Source: Fimbriosthenelais zetlandica (taxonomy: Eukaryota). From it: 64,000 nucleotides of DNA. Shown one piece after another: positions 13,801 through 25,221 of the stretch (position 1 is the first letter of the stretch; each line of letters opens with the position of its first letter). Under the pieces are notes generated by a model. That model did no database searches and had not been told where the DNA came from. It saw only the letters and a program-made list of their open reading frames with translations. Made by a program: the position numbers and the translations under genes. Where the stretch lies: the NCBI GenBank assembly GCA_977030845.1, contig OZ365110.1, forward strand, positions 31,186,001-31,250,000. Direction: 5' to 3'.

Positions 13801-16800
13801 AACAAAACAACATAAGGAATGAAACAATTCCACCAATTGGGTCATGTATTAATACAGTTTAGATTATTTTCCAGAAATGACTGCAACTAAAAATCGTAAT
13901 TCAGGTGTAGACATAACAATGTTATATAAGACAATTAACTTACACTAGTAACTAACAGGCAATTGAGAACGTTTAAAATGGATTACGTTGAAATATCAAA
14001 GGAAAGGTTATCGATAACATTTACTCGAGGAAATATCAGTAATATGTCAGATAGGAGATTAGGCATATCACAATTTGTTCTTTTAATCAACCCCCTTTGA
14101 TGGTAACAAAATATGTCACCAAAGCTGTCACTAACAAGCTAATCCATACCACTTAATTACCTCTGACAGGGCGGGACATACATACATAGATGTTATCTCT
14201 AGCCAGCCATGCCTTCACATAAACCAAAAACCTGGTACTCATCTTATTAAAGCTCTCTATTGGTTGCTATGACAACGAAAGGGTGACAGGTTGGAAGCAG
14301 ATTGCCATGGGAACGTATGAGTGTAGTGATCTTGTAATATACACCTAACTGTCACAGTAGGGTGGTATCTTTTGGTATCTTTTATCTTCGACCCCCTGAG
14401 TGGGTAAAATTGGGTCTTAACCCCTCCATCTGCGTAATATAACTGATGATTAGATAAGATAAAGGCTAACGAACTAAATGTTTTCAATTAAAAGTCTAAC
14501 ATTTAAAATATCTACGGGGAAGTCAATTGCGTCTTCTATAATATTCTACTTGGAAACTAACGGGATATTCCCTATGACATGGCTCTTCTTTTTTTTGCTA
14601 GGTTAGTACCAGAGAAAGATAAGCGCCTTCTGATTGGATGACTGACAGCCGGGGCGCCATCTATGGGGAATATGATGCGGCGTATGTTTCCTTTAGTACA
14701 GACGATATGGCGATAATAAGAGGCAGAGAGGCAGATGGTCTAGATTACCCAAGAGCTTTCCTTCCACTCTAGCTTCACTTCTACATTCCAAAAAGCTCTT
14801 GTATATACAATATCATTCCCCACTTAAGCTTGAATATCAGCAACTAGGGTTGATGGGAGATATCGAGGAAATCCATTTCCTTTTTATCACAAATATAACA
14901 ATCACTGCCCTGTACAAGTATAAGGATGCAGCGGTTTGGGGTTGGATAAACACACTGGTAAACCCACTGTTGGTACTGCATGTATTTCTGAATAATATTT
15001 TTGGACTAAAAGCAAACTTGCTGTTCAGAGAGTATCCGAGCAGGAATGGAATGGGCAATTGTTGGTTTGCGTTTCTATTTAGGATTCCTGTCGCGCAGCG
15101 CCCGGACGGTAGGGCCATATACTTCGCCTGGGGGGCATTTCCTAAAAAAATTATTCCAACCAATGACGCATAGTTACTATTGCCTAAACGGTGCGCATAT
15201 TTTATGCGATACAAGCCCTGGATTTCTACTTGTCGTCTGACTTCTAGCCTCGCTTTGGCGGTAACGCGCCAATTTACTGGCAACTCATCGGAGGAGGAGG
15301 GAGAAATGGACGATTTGTTTTCGCTTTTACATTTCATTTCACCGGACGTGATTGGAAAGCCTAGTGAATGGGTGAATAGAAAGAATGGGAGGTGGGAGTC
15401 CAGGAAGTGTTAGCAATGTAGACCTAGCTGTGGTCTGATGAATAGCAGTCACAGGAGTAAACAATGCAGGAAAATATTATTCACATACAGTGAAGTTAAT
15501 TCCTGTAATTTTGATCTTATATAATGTACATGTATATTCCCTAGTCTTATAACATTTTCATTATAAAGTTCCGCATTTTAATAATATTTGAGTTTCAGAA
15601 AAATCATGATACATTGTGTTTGACTTCTATAAGCTACAAATTGAAGAATGAATGTCTCCTAATTACCAGTATCTCGGATAGAATATGAGGTAAAGAATTA
15701 GAACACGAAAGTAAATGAGGTATCGTGGACGAGAAATTAATATTTTACACTCATAGAAAATACCAAGTCTTATTATGATCATCAATCTAATATGAAGGTA
15801 GTGTTATTTTATTGGAGCGTCTCGTCGTTCTATCTTCATTGAGAGAGGAAGAATGGATAGCCCCGTGCATTATCATACACCTATTCTCCCGTGTGCTCGT
15901 TGTAATATAATGAGTTTCCTAAATGATCTCCTGGGCCTGAGCTCTTAGATCATAACCACTGACACTCCTGATGAGCTATTTTCAATGAGATCAAGTGCCA
16001 CTTCCGCCGCATTACACCCGACAGACGGATATAGCTCCGCCGCTGGAAACACGTCCACGCCCGGCGGAATGATACACAGGGCTCGGCTGTAGGGTACTAG
16101 ATCAAAATATGACAAGTACGCGAGGCCATTTCCGCCAATTACCATTCAAATACATCAGCTTATCCGATTGAAGTCGGATAATGGATAATTCTTCTGATCT
16201 ATGTATAAGCTGGTATGGTCGGGGGTTGAGTTGGACTGATAGAGACGCGGCTGTTGCTGTATATAAAATTATCAAAGGGAATGGTGTCCATATTTAATGT
16301 TGGGCTTGGTTACCAGATAGGGATTAGACTTAGAGGGCCTTGTCAACAGCCCCGCCTGGCCGTCTGGCCTTAGGGCCATAGGGGGCACGCCGTGTACAAC
16401 CCTCACATGGTTAGCAGTATACCTTTAGCACGGACCCAAGCCCAGGAATAAGGAATAAGCCTGTAAGGTCCGGCCCTGGTATTGATCGAAGAGCGCCATA
16501 TTCATAAAACATAGGCGCGCACATAAATTATAAGCATGCCGGGACGTTGAGCGGGGGTCGCCGGGACTGGGGATCCTCTGGGACACATTACACCATAGCG
16601 GAATCATCACTACATTTTAACCAGAAAATTAAGCTCCCATACCCTATTCCTCTTGCGGGGCCCCCAGAACATAAATTATTAGTCCCTTAAAGAAGAAAAC
16701 TGCGGTCAGATCGCGAGGAGAAAGGGAGAGGCATTAGCTTGTGAATAAATCAGGTATCGCACAACAAAATCAAGGCGGTCTGAAAATGTGGATTATTGTC

Positions 16801-17388
16801 GTCGCATTTAACGCACGGGGGAATGATAATAATGTGGACTGGATTGGCAGACAAGGTGTGGGGGGTAAATCTGACATGAATGAGGAAGATGTGATGGTAT
16901 TGTTGTAGGTTTTGAGTGATGAGGGAGGCAGCCCCTACCTTCTCCTTCCCCTCCTCCCGTCTCGTGTGGTTAGATGGATCGGGTGGGGGAGGGAGAGGAG
17001 TCCCGGTCCCTCGGGGCTTGACACATGGACTGTAGTTGAAAACCAGAGTGCTGAAACGGCCACTCACGCAAACCTTGATCTAGATAACCATGAAACAGTG
17101 CCCACCTACTTACAATCAGATAAATACATAACTTCATAATCACCAATTGACGAGACAAAATCAGTGGCACCGACAACCAGACAAATTGTAATTAAGGGCA
17201 TTTCTATTGTATTTTTATTTATATAAAGAAGACTCACAACATAAATCCATTACTTCAGGCCAAATCAAGTATAGAGAATAAAGACGAGAGAACGTTCTGT
17301 ATACATGTATTCTGAATTGTTTTCGTATAGAATACCTTGATTGGAAGGGGTTTTCCTATTGACCTAGTGACCCAGTAAGTGAACTAGA

Positions 17389-17398
17389 TCCCCGGGGA
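17389..17398. promoter_or_regulatory. Single perfect COE/EBF palindrome
   Basis: TCCCCGGGGA matches TCCCNNGGGA. Confidence 0.35.
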
Positions 17399-20300
17399 GT
17401 GCTTCCATTACGTGCGGTTTCAGCGAAATCGACCAGCAAAAACAAAACATTGGAGTACATAGTTACCGCATGGAAAACAGACTAATAACTTCCAATCAAG
17501 CACATTGACCTTTTTTAAACAATGTCTAGCGGGTAAGTTTCAATTTGATTCGAACTGAATAGTAAGCCTAATACGGTATACTGACCAATCGTATAAATAA
17601 ATTACTAACACTAATAAATTATTCATTGTAATATAGCTATAATAAATTAGCAACATAAGGTCATATTACTATGCCTGAAATATGTTAGGCCAATATTGTC
17701 CTATAGACTTGCCATCTGTCTTCACTCAATATTTCCTATATTGGCATTGACAGAAGGACCCTGGCCTTGCATGAGGAGGAGGCAGCAGGTTCCACCCATT
17801 GAAAATTGTCAACAGGGCTTGGGCTGGAGCTGATGGGCTAAGACATGTTTGACAGGGGATAGCTAGCACTTGGCCCGGCCACTGGTCAACCCAGGGACGT
17901 GGATGGCATAAATGGCTGCTTGGCTTCGAGAAGAAAGGCCCCTCTCACTGACGACTGCTGCTACTCAATCGCTTTCCTTCTGCACTGGGTACAAGACAAA
18001 GGAAATGAGCCATTCCAACCTTAAATCTAGAGTCCTCTCCATCTCTATGACTAAGGTTATGGCTGTATAATTTTTATAGAAATAACTAATTTGGTTGTAA
18101 TATTTCCTATGTGCGCGATGTGGAATATCTTTGATATGAATGTACCTATAGATTCGTTGTATGAATGAAGAGTCAACATTTTGAATATAGACCTGATTGA
18201 TTTATAGGTTATAGGTATTCCTTAGAGCCCCGGGGGTCAGAGACCCTGGTGGTAGGAAGGATCTTACAGGGGTTGATCAGGGTGTTATTAGATCTCCCTC
18301 TATCCCTGCTCCTCCTGTCAACACCCACAGTGATGGATCTCTTCCCTCGGCATTAGCTTCTTCATCTACAAGCAGCCGAGAAGCTACAAATGCGAGCAAG
18401 CTTAAACTACCATGTGATGTCTTGGTATTGGCCTTCAAATTGAGCAGAAATCTGCTCCGTATAATAGTTATATTGCCTGAGATTTGGACCATTATCCAGG
18501 TAGACAGTAATATATTCCAGATAAGGCACATATTATACATAATATGGATCTTCTTGAGCGAGGGACATAAAATTCAAATTGAAGATTGAAGGAAGACAGT
18601 ACTCGGCAATCTTTTTCTTCAAGAAAATCCAAAATGATTATAGGTAAATTGAATTTAGATTAATGTCGTCTCCTGGGACGTAAGAAACACAACCATTAGT
18701 ATAGAACTGTCAATGTGAGTAGAAATAACCTTGATTTCATTTGTCTCTCCCTGGTTTAAAAAAGAACTTCTTGTTTTATTGGGGAGAACACCAGCGGGGA
18801 GCGATTGTTTATTTCTGGCACATTACTTGAGTTCCAGCTGGTGCTTTTGATAAGGCCGTGGGAAGTGAGAGGAGGGAATGGTAGGGTTAAAGTCCCTTGG
18901 TGGTGGTAGCTGGCTGGGAGGAGGAAGGATGGAGTAGTACAGGGCATTGGGGGTTTGACTATGGCCTCCTCATACGCTTACACACCACTCTTCAATCCTC
19001 TTTAGACTCCTTAGGGAACGGGGCAAAGTAGTACAGAATAGACCTTTGAAAAATGTGTCAAGAAGGAAGGAAAACTGATTGAGATACTGTTAGGAAAATC
19101 TCAATATTATTAGAACAAATCTCTGAAATGTATCATAATTCCATTGTAATTAACATACAAAATCATTGGCATATAGGCTATATATCTGCCTATTTCATAA
19201 CAAACTCTGTAATCCAAAACGTATATTTTTGGAAATTAACATAAAGATATAATCTATGGTAAAAGGGTGAATAATGGTGGAAGTGTCCCATATTTCCATA
19301 GGGATGCGCTGTTGCATTAGAGCAATTGTAAACAGTGTCTTGTCAGTCAATTGACCGTGTAATCAGACCACACGGGCAACTGCTTCAACACTCATCCTGA
19401 CCAACCATTGTATTCCAATGAACTTGGATTTTCCCCCAACTTGCTCGTCACAAGCTTGTGAAATGTGCTATTTCATTCTGGCCCGAACCCTGACCCACTC
19501 ACTAACTCCTGTAGGTGGTCGGTCATCTGATGGAGTGACCGGTGAGAGGCAGCAGGCCAGGAGGTCAGCACTGACCGGTATGGATGGCTATTGGTCACCA
19601 TTAGTAGAGGTGGACTGGCTTCTATGGCCATTACAGGGCCACAATGAGCCTTGCAGCACTGACTAATCCACTCAAGCCCGGAGCAAGCTCACCGCCTATA
19701 CTAACTGAGCGACCTGCTCCAGTCTACTAATAAACCACCGACTTTACAGATCAACACACTCATCCATAAGCCCGGCTTAGTAAAAGATACCTTCCAATTG
19801 TACATTTTCAATTTTTAATCACATTTAGGCCATATAAACTGGTGGGATCACCGGTAATGGATCAAACCTTCAATCAATTACCAATTCCTCAAATTGCGAT
19901 TGTTTTGTCCACAGCAACACAGAGTCCAAATTTCATTAGACGGCCTGCCAATCCAGCTCATTGTGTGACAAAGAAATGTGCATGTCTGGTGCCAATAGCT
20001 ATTCACCTGCATCTGGGCTACAGAGTATAAAGGGGACCCAACTAGGATATATGCACTTCATTTAAGAGGCTAGATCTGAAAGGTTTTGTACTGTTCCTGG
20101 GGTGAACTCAGCCATGTAGGTTAAGATGACCCAACTAAGCTGCAGGTTAGAGGGGAAGAAGATGACACGAGCCATGTCTTGACCTTCGATACCCAATGAC
20201 CATTTATCCCGACCCAGACCATCCTTTGCCACATCAATGTTATCCGCGACAAAGCTGTTTTAGCCGGGGCTCAGGACACCATAAAGATCCCCCATGGCTA

Positions 20301-22000
20301 CAAATTGGATCCTGACCATCTGTACTTCAAGCCAGCTGGGCAACATCATGCTGAAGGCCGTGACTTTTCCCTGCAAATACTCCCTGAAATCATTAACTCT
20401 ATTCCTACTAAAACCATACATTTCATTTTAATCATTTGCTAAGCTGAAACCATTCATTTAAATATACATGTGCGTCGTAAATACTATGTCATATTTCTCC
20501 GAGGTGGTCAGGAATTGCTTTGTACTTAGTTGATAAACTAAGGCCATCTATTCCATCCTGGTTCACGGCACCAATGGGAGTGTTCCTACTGACCTGTATG
20601 TTCCTCCTGCAGCCTCAGGCTCTCAGGAGGCTTGACAAAGTAGGTCATGACATAAGGAAAGCCTGCTGCTCCAACATACATAGCCTCAGGCTTCTATTTA
20701 CAATCTACACTATATCATGCACTTACAAGCCCCTTCCTTCAGGTGGTGATTTAATCCACCAAATAATAGTGCTTGACCATAATTTGTAGAATGTATTCAA
20801 AATTACGGTCGAGGACAGGACCGATCAGATGGCCAGCAATAATGGATTATGTGTTACAGAATAATAGAAGTATGTTAACACCTGGTGCCTTCATTAAGAT
20901 AATTACACATTATTGCTGTTACATTATGATGTTATTTCAGGATACCTGTCCATGGCAATTTCTCAACTAATCAAGCACATATTAATTATTGATGGAGGCT
21001 TGTGTTGATGCGCCCATGGACCGAGCCCTGAGAACCCCTCACTCGCCAATATGGGTCACAGGTCTAGAGGCCCGATGAATGATGAATCATTTGTTTTCAT
21101 TACGACATGGCCCTTTTGTTTCCCTATCAGACTGTCATTAGATTGTAGAGCCCTTTAGCATGTTGCGGCATTAACCCTTAGGATCCCATGGCTTTGACCT
21201 GTTTGGCTTCCTTCCCTTCCTCCTTCCCATTCCACGCTTTCCGCCACATCTCCCTTTATTCCGGAGAAAGGTGAGATTGAGTGTGGATTTTCCACCGGAT
21301 GTGTTTAAATTAGTGTAATGGGAATGATACTGGTGGTCCCATCTGAGTTCCATGGGGGTAATGTTAACCAGCAAAACGTAGGGAATGAGCTGGTCCGAGC
21401 TCAATAGGAGCTACTCAATAATGAATGCTTTCGAATAGAAGAGTCAGTTGGCCCCACCTGGGACCACAATTATAGCCTACAGGTCTCTGTCACACAAAAC
21501 AAACCTCTCGCCCATGGCAAATTAAATCATCAGAATACCCCAACAAGTGTTCTTTTTTCTCCCCTAAAGATAAAGGCTAATAAGATTCCTGCTTAAAGAG
21601 TGATTAAGGAAATTTAAATTTGGAGCGACTGAGGAGAGAGCAGCACCTCAATGGAGTGAATAGCATTTTACTCATTTAAATGGTAGCGGTCCCTGGAGGG
21701 CGTGCATCCCTATAATAATATAAGTGTATTTCTGTAGATCTCTACATCTATTATAAACATTCTTTTATTGTCCCTTGTTCTTTTTTCTGAGCGAAGGAGT
21801 GTAATACTATGTTTTCAGAGACGGACCTTTAAATGTACCTGGTTAGGGACTTGTCAGAGGACCTCAATGCCCAGCAACAATGACTGGGAGCATCTTCTGT
21901 GAGCAGCTCGTCATAAAAGGGCCATCCTAAGTGAGGTCAGAACAGAGGATTTTTCTGATTGGAACTGACAGGCTCAGAGGATGATTGTCTCAGATGGAAT

Positions 22001-22024
22001 AGAGAGAGAGTGTGTGTGTGTGTG
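22001..22024. repeat. Compound (AG)n(TG)n microsatellite
   Basis: agagagagagtgtgtgtgtgtgtg. Confidence 0.85.
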
Positions 22025-25000
22025 CAAGGTAGTGGGAATAGGTGAAGAAGTGTAGTTAAAGCAGGTCGCGGGTACCTGAACAGGGGCTGGAACTGAAGGA
22101 AGGGAGGGGAACATAATATAGGACAGCAGAAAACAGGGATCCAAGGGTGATGCAGTGAAAGAGGAGCTCCTATCACCCTGCAGCAGATAGAGGTTATGAA
22201 TTTAGCATGTTGTTGGGCAGGGAGGTGATTCGGTTAGGGCAGACAATGATGGAGAAATGAAGTGGATTGGGAATGGGGTGTTTGCTAGGAGCTTGATGTT
22301 CAGGATCACGCACACTGCTTTACTCGAGAAGGGGGGAAAGAAGAGAGGGAAGTAGGAGGATATGAAAGGGAGAGGGGGGATGATACAAGAAAAAAAGAGA
22401 GATTGGGAAAATGAGGAAGCAAAAGAATGGGAGAGGCAAGTGTAATGGGTTTGTATATGAGTGAACAGATGGCCCACTCATGCATGGATTGAGTCATTTG
22501 TACTCTGGATGGGGGAACACTTTCACACCCCCCTCCTACCCATTTCCCACCCACACTACATCTAGAATCTGCTTCCCTCATCTCCTCATGCTCCCTCCTC
22601 TCTCTCCTCAACAACCGCAATACTGCCTGATGAAATATTTATGCAGCCACAAAGGATCCCCCAATTTCTGCTTGGTTGCAGGCAAAATAGGCCACATCTA
22701 TTGGAACAATGTTGTAGCTGTTGTACCCAAACGGAGAGGTTTCCACATACCAGATTGTCAAGGACTAACATGACCTACAATTACTAAAACAAGTTAATAA
22801 AAGCACAAAATATATCCCAATAATAAATATTTATGCCGGTGAATGCAAAATGACAATATTCTATGAAGAGTATTGCCCCGGAAACCAGTGTCTCATTCTT
22901 GATGAAATTAACTGAAATGCATTCATAAGCCATTAGACGAAACAAGCAGGTCATCCGTATCAAGCCTGTTGATCCACATCAGAATTGGCTAGGTCAACAG
23001 CCACCATAAATGAATCCATCCACCACCAATTATCAATGCAATCAAAATATCAGTAAGTTATATCACTCCCCTTCCCTCTAATTATCCCTTTTCGAGGTGA
23101 CTAATCGCAGGACGGAGGGGGTTGAGTGTTGCCAAATTGTATTATACTTTCATTTGTTTCCCTGCATTAATTTGATAATATATTGAATAAGTGGTTCGCC
23201 TCGGCCACATGTTACTGAGTGGGGTGAGTGCATTCAGCATTTCAAGGACATTGGAAGCGGTTCATTTGGCTATGCTGTTGATTAGAAATAATGAGGGCAA
23301 AGAAAGCAGGATGGCTTATAATAATGTATTACTAACCGTGTCTACCACCTGTGAGACCTTGCCCTTCTAAGTGTTCTGCAAAACTGCTGACATGAATTCT
23401 TTATTTCAGAACCATTCTATATGTAACTGTTAGGTCCATCCGTCATCAGGTCAACGAGACCTGATGGTAAATGACAGATTCTCGCCACCGTGGAGCAAGC
23501 CCTCCAGGTACTGCACATACATATTCTCCAGTCCAACGCCCCAACCCATCCCCCCTCGCTGTATATAGACTCTCTTCATCCTCTTCATTCTCCATCAGTT
23601 TGACCCTTTGACCTTGGGGGTCAGTTGTCAAACGCCAGAGTCTGTCGTGATGTGTCTATCGACAATGCAGCCAGGCATGGAAATGGCTGACGGGAGGGGT
23701 TGGTCTGGGTACAGGGAGATAATCTTTCCCGGTGCAGGGAAAGCACCAGCTCCCCCGTATTACGATGCTAGGCCCTGGGATTCAAGGGGTTAATATTTCA
23801 AATCCCCTTCCTTCTCTTCATAATGAAAGTCAATTGGGAGGGTTTTTATTATAATACCATTTCGCTGTGAAAAGATTATGTGGATTCAAGCTATGTTTCT
23901 CTCGAGGAAAAAAATAATTAAATTACAGTGCAGACAGTGCATTATTTAATATCATCAACGGGAGGGAATCTCAACCACTTAGTATCCCAAATGCCTTTTG
24001 TTTGTTGATAAAATTATGGAACTAGATACAGGTTTAGTCCATTAGAAATTTATTTTATGTATCAATTTTCTCTATGAAGAGCCTTTTTTCTTTTCGCAAT
24101 GCATGTTGCCTATAAATTCATTCATTCCAAATAGCAGCCATTCCATGCATTTATTATAACTCCCTCTTGCCATTCAATTTCCTCAGTCAGACTAGATCCC
24201 TAGCGACCAACCATGACCTAATTATGTCTCAATACTGACCTAGTTATTTGGCACCATATATCTAAGCACCAAGGCGTTGAGTGAATTATTATTGGGTGAA
24301 GCCACCCACATCCCCATCCTTCTCCCCCATTGGGCTTGGGGACGGGGGGTTAACACAAGGGCCTAACCTTAGGATTTTATGATCAGGCCAATTGATCAAA
24401 TTTTCCCTAGGCTTAAGACTCTCCAGCGGAGAAAATGTCATTCATTTCGCGCTTTTTGTTATGAGCGACATGTCATCGCACGAGTCGCTCCAACTCATTC
24501 TGAGCAGTTGGTAAAAGGAGACGTATTAGCCTGGAGCAGTGAGACGTCAACGAGTGGTTTGATTACGATTAAAATGCCATGACGAGGATTAAGGCTTGGC
24601 CCATCTTGTCTGTGTTTACAGTTGCCGATCCTCCCAGGCGAAGATTGAGTAATGAAGTCAACCCTCTGTCAACCAGACGTGTTCCGGAATGAAGGCACAA
24701 AAGAATGGCACGCCTGGCACTATTGGCACGCCTTGACTCTCCCAGAAGCCATTCACACACAATGGAGCCATCAGCCTAATGGTGGTAATCATAATTACCA
24801 CAAGTCCTTATAGTAAGAGGGTATAATAAGTACCTATAGCTGCCTATAGAAGTAAGGGCTGATAGCAGTATGTGGAAAATGGGATTTTCCCAAGGCACTC
24901 TGTAAACTCATTGACCCAGGCAGTCGCGGATGTGGTAGTGGTGAAGTGGGGCAATAGCTTATCTAATTAACCTAGATAAGAAGGTCTAGAGGAGGGGTAG

Positions 25001-25189
25001 ATTAGGAAAGGGCGTATTATGAACCCTTATTTGATAACATATCATTGTTATAGGGAGACATTAGCAAGAACTAGCAAGGTGGGCCTGGCTTATTCAAGAA
25101 CCCATGCACATCAGACTAAGAAGTGGATGAAGGAGCTGGAAATCCCAGGCGGCCGGGGGCTCCAGCTAGGAGGAGGGTCGACTGCTCGA

Positions 25190-25221
25190 TCCCGGGGGAG
25201 GGGCGGGTAGATCCCGTGGGA
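25190..25221. promoter_or_regulatory. Tandem COE/EBF binding palindromes
   Basis: TCCCGGGGGA (25190-25199) and TCCCGTGGGA (25212-25221) both match TCCCNNGGGA perfectly. Confidence 0.55.

Noticed and set aside
14799-15337. Overlapping 166-aa and 124-aa ORFs, considered as a transposon fragment
   Set aside because: No RT, RNase H, integrase or transposase motif recognised, no flanking TIR/LTR, and the lengths are compatible with chance.
16160-16181. 8-bp-stem hairpin TTATCCGA-TTGAAG-TCGGATAA
   Set aside because: It is too short for a pre-miRNA, has no terminator relevance in a eukaryote, and is expected by chance.
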